Shown here: positions 25,901-39,036 of the stretch, piece after piece
Numbering within the stretch: position 1 is the stretch's first letter
Layout of the letters: the number at the start of each line of letters is the position of its first letter
Source of the DNA: Azolla caroliniana
Lineage: Eukaryota; Plantae; Polypodiophyta
DNA: 64,000 nucleotides
NCBI GenBank assembly: GCA_043228905.1
Contig: JBHGNT010000004.1
Coordinates: 21,638,001 to 21,702,000, forward strand
Direction of reading: 5' to 3'
Notes under the pieces: generated by a model
What the model was told of the DNA's origin: nothing
The model's input: only the letters and a program-made list of their open reading frames with translations
The model's database searches: none
Position numbers and translations under genes: made by a program

Positions 25901-28900
25901 CTTGAAGTCTAAACTCAAAGCATACACTCCATTTATTTGTGACAGCTACATTGATACCAAGATACTTCAAGCTTTGTACAAATTGTACATGTTCTCCCTT
26001 TTATGTAAGCATAGGGTATTGGTGAGGTTGAATGGTTCGCACTACCATCATTTTTGTTTTGTCCACACTTGCAGTTAGTCCACTACTTCGGCAAAATGCT
26101 TTGAATGCTTCAAGTAAATGTTGCATACCATCAACATTATATGAAAAGATAACCACTTCATCCACATATAAAAGCAATAAGATAACTTGTTTCATAAGTT
26201 TTGGGGCATCTAATCCTTCTTCTCTTGCAACGCCACCCCAGGGAGCGGATCCACAAAACAATTCACAAGACCAATATAAGAAGGATAAAATATGTGAATG
26301 GGACTAAACGGTTTAAAAGTTTCAGGATGGAGAACCCAGAACTACAGGGCATATGCAGTGTGAGATTTCATGGCATCTTGCAGTGCAAAAGATAAAATCT
26401 CAAAAACTCTGCCCAAATACCACATTCTGGAAGGTGATGACAATGGTGCAAAATCTCAATGCCTTTGGGAGAAAAAAATGATCCATGGAGAAAACATCCA
26501 TTAAATAAAAATGAGAAAGTCATGAGTTGATCAATACCATGGGCCCCCTCCACTGATGAACCTATAGTTCTTTTTATATCTATGAATAAACTTGCTGTCT
26601 GCACGTGACCAACCCTTTGAGTGACCTGTGTAGCCGAGGACAGGAGTCTCCTGTTAGCATGTGGTTAATGCAGCTAGCACGCAGTTCTGATGTTTGTTTA
26701 AGTGTTTGTTTGTGTGTGTAATCATAAAGTTGCACCTTATAAACTCACATTTGATTAGCCCTACATGAACTCACATAAAAGATAAGAGTAAATAAATAAC
26801 GCGTTGAGATATTTTTTTGAGGAGGTCATGCTTGGTAGCATCAGCAAGAGTTTCTTTATTCAAATGAACCTTCTTTTGATGCAGAACTTGGAAGTCAACT
26901 TTGGAGACAATGGAGACATTTTACAGTGCCAAAAGCTTTAAGTCTCCAAGCTGATTTAATCTCTTTTCTATTTATGCTCAATGGAGAGTGCCTTGGAAGC
27001 TCTACTTGCAGATTTTTAGTTGCTGAAATAGGTTTAAACTGCTGAAATGGGTGTCCTTATTTAGGGTTAGCAGGGTGTCAATATCCTTGTTCATGAGCAA
27101 AAATTTCTCTTGCTTCCTAGGGGAGTATGTCTTTGGGGCTAGCAGGGTGTCAATCTCCTAGTGCAGGAGCAATCTAGCTTCCTAGGTATGTAATAAAGAA
27201 ATACAGAAAGGGGTGTCAGCCTTTGGAGCTAACAGGTTGTCAATCTCCTTGTTCAGGAGAAATCTAACAATCTAAAGATGTTTTTCTTAGTTTATATAAG
27301 ATTTCCCTGACTATGAAATATTAGCTACATTGGTGTTTCGATTAATTTTTATCACCCTCTGGACATATCACAATGTTGAACCTACTCTCTCAGGGCCCAT
27401 GAATCTTGGAATGCCGCAAGTCACAACCCAAAAGTTCTAGTTGCTAATAATTAGAATTGTTTATCTAAAGCCAGATCTAATTGGAATGATGCCCCAACAC
27501 TTTCTCCATGATATGAGCAGGAATGCTTATAGCATATGCCCTCCAGACGTGAACATTCCCTATAGCTCAGCACAAATATTTGATGAGTCTCTGATGCTTT
27601 GAAGTTGGTCCAGTATTGTATTGCAGTAATAGGGTGTCGGCAGATTCATCCTCTTCGGTGGAGTTAAAGTGTTTCTAGACGATGGAGAGGATGATGCCTG
27701 CTCTGGCAAGAGAACTTGATTTCCATGTAATTTTCAGCATTGAGCAGGCTACTGGATCAGCATATTATTACACTTTGGAGGTATGTTAGTATCACTCGCG
27801 TGTCAAACGATTGTAGCTTAGTGACATGCCCTTTAAATTTTACATAAGAAAAGCTTTTCCTTGGGGACATCAGCTGTGACTGCCTCTCTGACTCCATGAC
27901 TTTGCTAAAAGGTACATATTAATATGTTCCATTCCATTAACTCTTCTCCAAACAATTGTTTCACAGCACTAGTAGTGCTAAGCATCACAATCATGGTGTT
28001 GTCAATGTTGATCATCTTTTGGAGGAGTTAAGGACATGCAGAAATCATTGACATCTCACCTTATGAGTCTCAGAGTACACAGATAGATATCTTGGTAATC
28101 TCACAATTGCATTTGTTCCAGGAATTAGCTGGGAAGCAGAGTGTTTGAATCACCAGCCAGCCATCAAAGTCGCTTATTCGTGGGCTCATCAATGATAACA
28201 CCAGTGATCACATGCTTTTTTAGAATATGATATGGTAACGGTGGGAAACTACTATTTGAGGTGAAAAGTCACAAATTATTTGCATCAACTTGACCAGTAG
28301 GCTACTATATCTGTCTTGAGCTAGAAATATCCACAGAAGAGAGCATATATATGCTCTTTTGAGCATTTCTTTGCATGTACCTGCAGTGGCATTCAAGTAC
28401 TGCCCATTGATTTCGCCTGTTTCAGCCGGAGACTTGAATATAGCTTCTGCTAGGAATAGGAAACGGTCTCTCCAACGCATGAATGCTGGAATCGACCTCA
28501 TAGGCTGAGGAACAAAAGGGAGGGATCTGCCCGAGGGGCTCACGTCTGATTAGCTAGTTGGTGAGGTAGCCGCTTACCAAGGCGATGATCAGTAGCTGGT
28601 TTGAGAGGATGGTCAGCCACACTGAGACTGAGACACGACCCACATTGTCTCGTTATATACACAACAAATATGTATGTGTATCAATCGAAGGACCTTAATA
28701 ACTATTAATGGCTTCATGGGTAGATCCTGTTCTCTTCTCTGCTTGGAGGGCCAAAGGACCTTAATAGCTATTAATGGTTTGATGGGTAGATCCCGTTCCC
28801 TTCCTCACTTGGAGGGCCAAGTGAGTAGCCAAGTGGATCAACGTGTTCTGCTAGGATCTTTGGTTCCCTGTACGGTCAAATAACATTATTTAGGGTTATT

Positions 28901-31900
28901 GGAAGTTTTTGATCCCCAATACCTAGCATAGTATATACATCACGTTTCAACTGATCAATCTTTAGATTATGCTCTTCTATCAATAAATTAATATATCTAT
29001 ATACATATATATATATATATTATATATATGCACATCTATATCTTTTATGACATAGCAAGAATTTGAACTTTGCATGAGTGAACACGTAAAAGTTTGATAT
29101 GTGCCGGTGATGGGTTGACCATAATCTAGATGGATGTGAGACATCCTAATTGTCCACAAGGCCAATATCTTAGTTATATGAAGGAAATGGGCAATGGCTG
29201 AAGAGCTGAGGTATGCATCCAAATAGCCGACAAAACCTCCCTTATTAGAGGGAAACCACAATAAAAGATAATGAGTGAGATGTTATAACAAAGTGATTGC
29301 TTGTTGAGAAGTCCGGAGGTAGATGAAGCATCATTTCATTGTGATGTCCAGTGTTCACATCTTCAGGCAGCAAGGCAATGTGATGAGATTGTAGCAACAA
29401 TCCCTCAAAGTAGAACCTCTAGAGGAATACTCAATTTGTTCATAACCTTTGTTTCCATGTCAATTCTCTAGAAAAGCTGCTTCTAGTAAAGATTGCACAG
29501 GAACATAAGTGTTGAAGAGCTCTGGGATTGGCTTACCATATTGGTCTATGATGCATATTCAATCCCTGCCTTATTTTCGTTTCCAGGCATATTAAAATAT
29601 TTCCTTAAACTGACTAGTAAATATTCGTTTTTGTTATAGGTGGGCATCGTCTTGTGGCACATGACTCACCTATCGTTACATATCAAGAGAATCCCTCCTT
29701 ATCTTAATCCCCATAGATCCATTCTTGCAAGCACATGCATGTTACTCATGTTGTCATCCCTCAAGTCCAAGAGTTACAGCAGTCTTGGCTCTCAAGTGTG
29801 TCACTAGCTGACAGCTATGTCACATAATACATAACATGATTTATGCAGGAATTGCAAATGTCATGAAATAGTCTAGCTGAACTTATGTATCTTAATGGTT
29901 GTTCTTTATATAAATTGATGCTTTTTTTGTCGAAAAACATTTCTGTACAGGTTTTTTAGTCATTTCTGGTTTGGTTAATAAATTGTCCTTAATATTAGTT
30001 GTTGAAAAGGTGTGGCAAGAGACTATTCTGATGTGAAATAAGAGAGGTAGTGTGTATGACATTGAAACACATTAAGATACAAGTTTACCTTTCATCTTGC
30101 AACACATTTCTTTTTTATAGTTGACAAATCACTATATCTAAATTATTCTGATTAGATTTAATGCATATAATATTTCAAATCCTAAAATCTGCACACATTT
30201 TTATTGGCAGCCTTTCAATATTCAAGCTACTCCATCCTACTCCAGGTACACAATTATAATTTTTTCTCTAGATTTAAATCAATAAGTCTTTTGGTTTTCT
30301 ACTTGCCTTAATACAAGTTATTGAAGCGTAGTTTTCTGGTTCTTGTATGGCCTACACCTAGTTTTGGGTATTGATGAGGTAGTGGGGTTGTTTCTTGTTA
30401 TATATTTGTTTTTTACAAAAAAACATAAATTCCTTTGCATTACTGTGCATAATCTCTTATTTCATGGATCTTAAATTTAAACTGATTTGCACTCTGGCAA
30501 AGGTAGAAAACTTATGATTTGAAGGTGAGGCAAAAAAAGGAAAAAAATAATGTCCCAAACATTCTGTCAATGACCACCGCCTGTATGGACTAGGCTATTC
30601 ACAGAAAGATCATAGCAATCTGAGTTGTCCCTATGGACAAACATCGTGAACCCTTGACACGTATGAAGGCCCTAATTCCTAGCACGAAGATCTATCAGAA
30701 TCGCAAGTGTAAATGAGGGTGGGAAGAAATAGCTTATTTATACAAGTTGTACATGCAAAGAATTCACTTGAATGAATGGCCACAAGGTCAATGACTTTCT
30801 TGAAAGATAAAGATGCTTTGTCACAACCGTCATTCTCCAAAGAGAATGGGCCTTCATTTCAAGGAAAGGCTCGCAATGACACTCATTATCTCCTTGAGGT
30901 CATCTCCTTGGATTTGAGTGTTCATGGGACATAAATTTCCACCTGCTTGAACTCTAGATGTTACTTACACATAATGATGGGTTGCACCCACAACCTATAC
31001 ATTATGTTTGATTTCGAAACCTATCTTTACTTTTCTTTGTAGTTCCATTTATTTCATTTGTAATTTCGAATTTGTTGGGTCTGCCCCAAGGACAGTGCTG
31101 TAGGTGTAATTATTTATATATGAGGATCTATTCAGAAACAATTAGAGATGGAGACAGGCATATATGCACACAAATTTATTGAGAAATGAATCTGCCAATT
31201 GTACCATCCAGATGTGGACTCAGAGAAATACTTTGTTTGCTATTTTATTTTTTTATGAAATATAGGGGAGATAACATTGCCTCTACAAACAAGGCATTGG
31301 TCCACTCATGCAAGTGGAATACGAAAAGCAAATGATGCTTGGGACTATTTTTGCTAGATCAAAGATACTTTTCTTGCTTCAGAAACGCTTTCATCTTGGA
31401 TCAGGAAATGTTGGAGAAATCCTTTGAAGGGAGAAGGTAGACCATAGTTTTAGATGTAATCTCTCGTTTGGTCATAGAGGACATTTTGTACCCTTAAGAG
31501 ATGCTATAAGTTTTTGTTTCTTCTCTCTTATGGATCCTTTGGGCAAGCATGGAATGTTTATTTCACCTTCGTTTTATTCTACGTATATTTTATTTGGATG
31601 AGTGACATGGGTCTGTGTGAATGTTTGTTCATCAGATATACTATTGATTGGATGTGGAAGAAGGATGCAACGTGTTGGTGATGAAGTGAGAGGTTTTCTC
31701 CGATCAAGTGGAATCAAACTAGAGACAGTTGATTCAGTATGTTTGCTTTACTTTTTTTTACCCTCTCAAGATTAATAAAGCGTGGCCTCCCTTTGACTGC
31801 AGCTTCACAGAAAAAAACTTTGAAAATAAACTGTTGATGTGTTTTGCAGCGTAATGCAGTTTCAACATTCAACTTTCTCAATGAAGAAGGAAGATTAGTT

Positions 31901-31936
31901 GCAGCTGCTTTGTTGCCATATGGTGTCGAGCAGTAA
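22912..31936 (+). CDS. NDUFAF3: Mitochondrial complex I assembly factor NDUFAF3 (DUF498/Mth938-like), 157 aa, 6 exons: 22912-22964, 23053-23133, 23303-23419, 30211-30245, 31636-31736, 31850-31936
   Basis: GT-AG splicing gives an open 474-nt CDS: [10 protein letters not shown]...[14 protein letters not shown]...[16 protein letters not shown]...WTP..F.EITPDSLSIF...[12 protein letters not shown]...[35 protein letters not shown], the plant NDUFAF3 signature. Confidence 0.93.
24190..26240 (-). mobile_element. Non-LTR retrotransposon (LINE) RT 3' fragment in NDUFAF3 intron 3, interrupted by an AT-rich insertion (~24961-25612)
   Basis: [12 protein letters not shown]...DKTKMMV (RT core remnant); RSHNLGIE...CKVCK...[13 protein letters not shown] (C-terminal CCHC). 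The insertion has short TTGACA/TGTCAA inverted ends. Confidence 0.7.
27060..27270. repeat. Degenerate tandem repeat (~3 copies of GCTAGCAGGGTGTCAATCTCCT-like unit) in intron
   Basis: Units near 27066, 27135 and 27225. Confidence 0.55.
28353..28485 (-). pseudogene. rbcL: Nuclear plastid DNA insertion (NUPT): rbcL fragment
   Basis: Translates [44 protein letters not shown], against canonical [39 protein letters not shown]. Confidence 0.92.
28497..28642 (+). pseudogene. rrn16: NUPT: plastid 16S rRNA fragment
   Basis: TAGGCTGAGGA.CAAAAGG...GTCTGATTAGCTAGTTGGTGAGG...CTTACCAAGGCGATGATCAGTAGCTGGT..GAGAGGATG.TCAGCCACACTG.GACTGAGACACG matches the 5' region of plastid 16S, with substitutions. Confidence 0.9.
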
Positions 31937-34399
31937 ATAAAATTCAATAAACACTTCGAATGTTTTTCATATGATTACAATTTTTGAATTGCCAAAGCAA
32001 ACTGTTGTAGAAGGGGATAAAAGTTCTGCGAGTATTCTTGAGGTAATGTGGAAATAATGTCTAAACAGATTGGTTGCCATAATTTCAGAGTTTTGTCGTG
32101 CTAGTTGAAGTAGCCATGCCATGTATTCTACTACCATGAGAAAAAGGTTAACGATATGTTGCGTTTAGCCCTAGCAAGAAAATCACAACTTTTCACTTTT
32201 GTATAATAATCTACAAGATAATTGATTGTTGCCAGATGTTTTTATAGATAAACAAGAATCTAGCGGATTTGTCGTATGTGAGAGTATTGCAATTTAACTG
32301 GCTGAATGGTGTGTTTTGGTTGCTTATGAATTAAAGTCGTAATTAAAGCATTGATACTTTTGGGATTAAATCAGAATAATTCAATCCACAAGTAATCGGA
32401 TAGACACATTGGAGTAGATCTTTTCAAAAAGGGATAACTTAAAAACAGATTTGAAATTGAGGTCATACACATTTAATAAGAAATATGGAAAACAAGTGGA
32501 AATATGTTATTTGTGATGGTGAAAGCAATTAGTACTGTAGATTCTAAGATTATAATAATCAGTAACCATCGATAACAAAATTTAGATTCTCAGTATAAAT
32601 TATTTTCCCATTCCTTCTCATTGAATCTCAATACATTACTACCATATTTTTGAACATAAAGTTGCCCCATTTACTTTATGGTGATGGTGATAGACATTTG
32701 TGCTTGTCGATGATAATTATGCACATAATTTATATTAGTTTATATGTGTATACATTGGGTCTTCTTGGACTATGATCCATCTTGTATTTGATCTAGCGCC
32801 AATAATTGAACATCAATTTCCCCAACTCATGAACCAATCATTTTTGTTGTCCAAGGAGGTTAGAACTACATAGCTTGTTGCTTTACATCATATTAGTACC
32901 AAATCATTATGAAGGTTCAGGGTTCAAGGGTCCTTGATAGATCATTTGGCTTTTTATGATCTTCACACATTTAATGTGAAGCTCAAAGCTTTAAAGAAGA
33001 TATTATTTTTGGATGCTACGAATTTCTAATAGCATATTTTAAATTAACCAACACTCTTGCTTTATCTAAACTCTTGATACATGATTCTAACATGGATGAA
33101 TTGACGATTGCATTTAGTAAGATATGGAGGAAGATCATAGTTTCTCACACAAACACCCACAATCTTGATAATATAGAGCTTTGCGTCGTTTCTGTAAACC
33201 ACGTCATTGTAATTGATGCATGAATTTGTTTATATTACTAAAGCTTTAATATGTTTAGGCATTGTCATACCTTGTCACACTGGAGATTGGGCACAATCTA
33301 TACCAAAATCTTATTATTGTAAACTTCTAACTAATGGGCTAGGTGCACACTGCACACTGCTTTACCACTGGGTATGTTTAGTCATGGACGTACCCATACT
33401 ATAAAATTCTATTACTCTAATGAAATGCATTATTGATAAGTGTGCTCAAGTAATCTCTATAAACTAACCTAATTGCACATGCAATTCTCACAATTAGTTC
33501 TTCTAAATACTTTAATTAAAACATTCATTTGGTAATGAAATCAATTATTTATCATTACTCAAATTAGACACCTGGTTTCTCATTTTTTTTCCAAAGATTC
33601 GTAGGATTAAGTTCTGTGCTTCTTTTAAGGTAAAACGTCATGAGTAACCCTTCTCAATTACTCAAATTGGATGCCCAATTTATCGTTTTCAATTATCCAT
33701 CTATTTCAATTCACTTTATTAAATGTCTCAATTATCTTTCCTCTAAATTAATCTATCTTAATTACTATTATTAAAGCTGCAATTAAATATCCAATCAATC
33801 AATTCTCACAATAAATCCCTCAGAAATTCTCTGAATTAAAATACCAATTATTTAAATGTTTTACTACATTAAAACCTTTAATTAAACTTTTCATCTATAG
33901 TTTCACATGATTAATCCCTCCCAATTCCTATAATTGAATTCTCAATCGGCCATTTCTCGTGATTCAATCCCTGTAAATTATGCAATCTATTGACAAAGAA
34001 AACAAATGGTAGTGTTCATATTTCAACACTTACAATTTCATTGATGTCAAGCAAGAGCCATATTTTCAGAATTTTCTTGGAAGAGATGAAAAGAAGAATG
34101 CGGAAGATGCGGACAGCGGGATTCAAACATTTTCATCCCATTGCACAATGTAGATTGGGTTTGTAAACCATATTGAATTCAACATTATATTTTATGCACT
34201 TCTTAGTACACTTTTTTTTTTGAAAGATTTTCTTCAATAGTATTCAAAAATGTCTGAAGACTACAAGTTGAAGTTTTCTGCCCAAAGGCTTACAACGCAG
34301 AATAAAAGACATTGTATGTACACCAAAACCCATACATACAAAAACAACTTATAAAGGGATTTGAACCTTGATACGATACATTACCATGATGTATTGATA

Positions 34400-34890
34400 T
34401 TCAAGAAAGGGTCCATGGAAGTTGATAGTTCCATTGAGGCCCTTGATCTAACACTACAAATAGGGATAACTTCCTCCATAAGTGAAGAAGCTTCGTCCTT
34501 CTCTTATGGATATTTTTTGGAGAACCATACATATTATCATACTGCCACGGACTACCGTCAATAGTGTTTCCCATATCTCAAGCAGTACATCTGAAGGACC
34601 AAGATTTGTTGCATCATAATAGTCGACTACATCTACATTTCCATAATACCCATAACGTTACCGTAGTCACAGTTTTCCAAACCTAGACAGATCGCACCTG
34701 CTTTCGAGGTTGCTGAAACAGACTAATTGATATCAATATTCTATTGTGTGCCATCATGGCCTCACGAATATTGTTTGCCTCATGTAAGCAAACCATATAA
34801 ATCCCAAGGTTTAGCGTTTGCAATGACATATGATGCTAAATCTTGGGAGTTATTGACCAAACTTAAGAATCTTTGTCATTCAAAGGATAC
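34400..34890 (-). mobile_element. L1 LINE 3'-terminal fragment
   Basis: Hand translation VWKTVTTVTLWVLWKCRCSR...EIWETLL...QYD...PQWNYQLPW parallels the C-terminus of the L1 at 47120-47782. Confidence 0.6.
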
Positions 34891-35199
34891 AACACATGGT
34901 GAGATTACATAATTGATCTCTAAATCATGATTTTGATGTTGGGCCCAATTATTTTGTTTTCACCATATGTATATACATATTGTCCTTGTTTTAACATGTA
35001 TGACTAAATGTTCTATAAAAAAACGTCAAACTTGTGAGATTTATAGATTGCATTATAACATCAATTCAATAACCCTACACATCAATTCAAACTTGTGAGA
35101 TTTATAGATTATTGCATTATCATGAAATCTCCATGTTAGAGTATGCTTTCTTTAGAGTATGAAATTTCCATCTTTAGAGTATGTTTTCTTTCTCAATCT

Positions 35200-35228
35200 A
35201 TGTCCATGCACATACATGTATACATAGG

Positions 35229-35272
<44 letters not shown>

Positions 35273-35465
35273 TATACACATGCATATATACAAGTTCACA
35301 TACACATATGTACATATTTACACAAGTACACACACATATACACCCTACATACACTTTACATATAGATCCTACATGTACACATGAACTACCATACAAACCA
35401 TATGTACACCCTACACGTACACTTGCTCTACACATACACACATTCATGCACACATGCACATACAC
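35200..35465. repeat. (CA)n/(TA)n-rich microsatellite region
   Basis: Pure (CA)n at ~35232-35267 within a degenerate CA/TA tract. Confidence 0.9.
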
Positions 35466-38235
35466 GATTTGGGGCGTAGATATTGTTGTGTTGTTTTAAT
35501 GTATACATTGTATGTTATTTTCACAAAATAATAAAGAGGCGGTTGCACTCAATTAAACATATTTGGGAAACACATCCCATGTTGATTCCTTGTTGTAAAT
35601 TGTAATGTAACAATTAACACAATTACATGGTAATTTCAACAAATAAAACATGAAAAGGTTAGATAGAGTAGAACTCTCCTCACAACCAAATACTCCTCTT
35701 TGATGAGGATGGATTCCTCCATATACTCTCTAGAGAAGAGGATAACAAACTCCCAATATGCATGTATATATATAGCTATCCCTATATTATAATTTGATTC
35801 ATGAGCCATGACGCAAAGTTATTTGTATGGTTATGCATGTGCTCATAATGTACTCTTCCAACTCCAAGAATTGTACGCATGCTTGAAAAGCAAAATAAGA
35901 ATAGGCATCCCCTCCTCTTACAAATACAAATGGAAAAATTGATGAGACTCTTTGTCCTTTCATATTTGGTAATCTTGTTGCATCACTTTAGAAACATAGT
36001 AGCACCTACCTCTTTGGAAGACCTTTTCACCTTCATGGCACATAATTTATGATTCACCATAATGTATGATAGTTATTGTAGAAGGGATGGTCCAACACTT
36101 ATACATATTGATAACCTAAACTTTGATGAAATTAGTGTTCTACTCAAGTGTCGACTTAGGTTAACATTCCCACTTGTAAAACAAGGACTTTTAATTCTCG
36201 TCCACAAGTTCTTGTAACTCCCACCTTCGGAGTAACCCCTATCTATCTGTAGGGTTGCAAAAACACTCTAAGAATAAAATCCAGCAAACATGTGAACGTG
36301 CAATATGGACACTTCTCATGGAGACATTAGGCTTATGTGGCTATTTATTAATGGGAGGATGACAACCAATGTGACAATTATTTAGTAGAAGGAGTCAATG
36401 CTAATAAAAATATGGATACAGTCCCAAAAAGTGGGTGTCCAAGTTTTAAATATTTTGAAATGGAAAAGGAAGGCCAATCAAGGGAGTTCTCATCCTTTCC
36501 ATATTTTGTGTCTCCTTTTACAAGAGACTTATGAGAGAAGCAAGTAGAAAAGCTATGTATCCTCTAGAAATTAGGGTTAAGGGTTTGATGGGGGTTTGGT
36601 TGCATGACATGTAGCTAAAACTCAATGCCTATATAAGTAATGTTGCAATAGGCAACCTCTCTCAAACATGATACTGAAAGAATAATGCAATAACACATAT
36701 GTTAAATATCTCATGATATGTATATAAAATAATTTATAGACATTTCATTTGGTTCAAGCATGAACAAGAACCATGGTTTGTCTTGGCTCCTTATGGACGG
36801 TTATTTGAGGAAGGTCTAGGATAAATTATGTTCTTGTCACAATATTATCTTTCGGTGGCTTTCATTCGACGCGTTCTGTTTCTTGTTGATTGAATTAGAG
36901 GTGTGAACTATCTCAATGTAACAAATTTGTTCAACCGACAAGACACTTGGTAGTGCAATCTCTATCAATAAAAAACGAACAAACTTTAAGATGTTAGAAG
37001 ATTGGCCTCTCAATGACCTCGTCATGTTTAATGTGTATGGGGGGGGGGGGGGGGGTGCTTTGGTGGCATTTATGACGAGTCTCAGAGGAATCCAACAAAC
37101 AAAAAACACCAAACCTTTTAGTTCTAACATCTAGCTAAAAACTTCAAGGGCGTATTTTCGCTCAAGGGCACATTTCTCCATCAAAGAGTAAATGTTGCAT
37201 CATCATGATAATGCAAAGAGGCTCTTTGAAAAGGTGTAGTTGGTTGTAGATGTGACTTGCCTCTAACTACCGGGTGGGGTGGAGAAAGAGGAAAGGAGGA
37301 ACAAAAAAGGGAAAATAAGTCATGGTGAGGCTCAACAACAAGACGAGGGAGTTGCATGTGGAGAGGGCATTTGACAAAGAAGGGGACGAGTTTCAACCCT
37401 TGCAACACGCAGGGCTATCGAATGAAATCAGTGGGGTTTCGTCGAGCCTTTTTGCGGTGCAGGTTAAAAGAGCACAGACTACAGTAACAGGTCAATCAAC
37501 AAGCCAAGCCAGGTAAGGAGAGATAGGGTTTTTAATGCCCAGGCACGATTGATTGCGATTTATGAGGAATCAAAATTTCCATGGTGAGGATGAGGAATCG
37601 AAACGTCGAGAATGGATGTATGTCGCGTCAATCGGTCGGGTTTTTTTTTTTGTCCCGAGGAGGATGCAAGGGAGTGCCAACATGGGCCCAACCCACGGTA
37701 CTCTTACGTTCAGGCATTGAGTAAGTGAAATGAGTGATGGATTGGTGGGCGGGCGAGCAGGCAGGTGGGAGCAAGTTGATGAGGACCGTCCTCGAGGTTT
37801 GGTTTCACACTCGGCCCCGAAAGCCCTAATGCAAAAGGCACGCACAAAAAAGAGAGGGAGGCGCGCGCGGTGACGAGCCCTAAGAAGCTATACGTACGAT
37901 TATCTTCGATATGGTGGGGCCTCGGTTGGATCATTTGGCTATGCCCGGGGCATGGGGGGTGCCACGGGAGGAGCCAACAGGAAGGTGCCACATGTCGAAG
38001 GAGGGGCAATGAGAACCGGACACGTGTCAATGAGGGAGGGGGACGACGGGCCAATGAGGGGAGTACACGTGTAGAGATAGAGAGAGAGGGGAAAAAGCTT
38101 ACATACATAGAACATACATATAAGGATAGCTACCTGGGCGGGCGAATGGGGAGGCGCCACGTGTAGAGCGAGAAGGAGCTGACGTGGAGGCAAGAGAGTA
38201 CCCTTGTCTGAAAGGAGAAAGGAAAAGGCTTTGGG

Positions 38236-38248
38236 GAGGAGAGAGAGA

Positions 38249-38289
<41 letters not shown>

Positions 38290-38435
38290 CATGGAAGTGA
38301 GGAGCAGCTGTGCAGAAGAAGAAGAAGAAGAAGAAGAAGAAGAAGAATGAAGAAGAAGGAAGAAGAATGAAGAAGAATGAAGAAGGAATGATGATGATGG
38401 CAGTATCTCTGCTGCACAAAGCTTCTTCTTCTTCT

Positions 38436-38467
<32 letters not shown>

Positions 38468-38468
38468 A
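38236..38468. repeat. (GA)n, (GAA)n and complementary (CTT)n tracts upstream of the SEUSS-like gene
   Basis: (GA)n ~38250-38285, (GAA)n ~38314-38385, (CTT)n ~38422-38468. Confidence 0.9.
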
Positions 38469-38718
38469 CTCAATCCGTCTTTACTCTTAACCCCTGTTCC
38501 CCTCATCTCTCTTCTCTGCTCCCCTGATTCTCCCATCTCATGCAACACCATCGCTTTTGTTTGTCTCTGGGATCCCTCCGCTGCCCAGAAATTAGATCTT
38601 TTCTTTGCAGACTTGTGAGAAACCCAGATATAGTCTAAGATCCCCCCCCATTTATGAAGAACTGTTGGAAATTAGGTTTTTTTAATTTTTATAGATGTCC
38701 TGTGAAAGCATTAGATTT

Positions 38719-38955
38719 TAGGGTTTCTTACGAAGGCTGCTGCAAAGCAGCTAGCTTTTTTTTTATAAAGACATGTGGGTTTCTTTTATGAAAAGCCTGT
38801 GAGTTATTTGGCATTTCCAAAAATTAGGGTTTTTTTTTATGAAGGTCTGTATAGGCAATTGGGAGTCTGAAATTTTAGGGTTTTATCAGAAATTTGGAGA
38901 TTTCTCTACGAAGGTTTGCTGTGAGAGAAATTAGCGTTTCTGTAACTTAGGGTTT
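38719..38955 (-). promoter_or_regulatory. Cluster of four telo-boxes (AAACCCTA) in the 5' region of the SEUSS-like gene
   Basis: TAGGGTTT at 38719, 38825, 38876 and 38948. G-box/ABRE-like CACGTG/GACGTGG motifs lie further upstream (~38010-38190). Confidence 0.5.
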
Positions 38956-39036
38956 CAGAAGACCATCATTATCATCATCAGATACCATTACATCAGGCAG
39001 CATACATTACTCATTGCCGTCACCCTCACCACCATC

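Noticed and set aside
28497-28642. Functional 16S rRNA gene or bacterial contamination
   Set aside because: Only ~145 bp, plastid-type, mutated at conserved sites, fused to an rbcL piece and embedded in an intron.
35143-35499. His/Thr- or Val/Cys-rich ORFs
   Set aside because: Translations of (CA)n/(TA)n microsatellite.
35580-36240. Possible additional LTR with PPT (TGTTGA...TTAACA)
   Set aside because: No partner LTR, TSD or coding remnant could be confirmed by eye.
37038-37055. Poly-G run as a functional G-quadruplex
   Set aside because: Isolated homopolymer in intergenic DNA with no supporting context.
37939-38618. Poly-K/E/S/F ORFs
   Set aside because: Translations of GA, GAA and CTT microsatellites.
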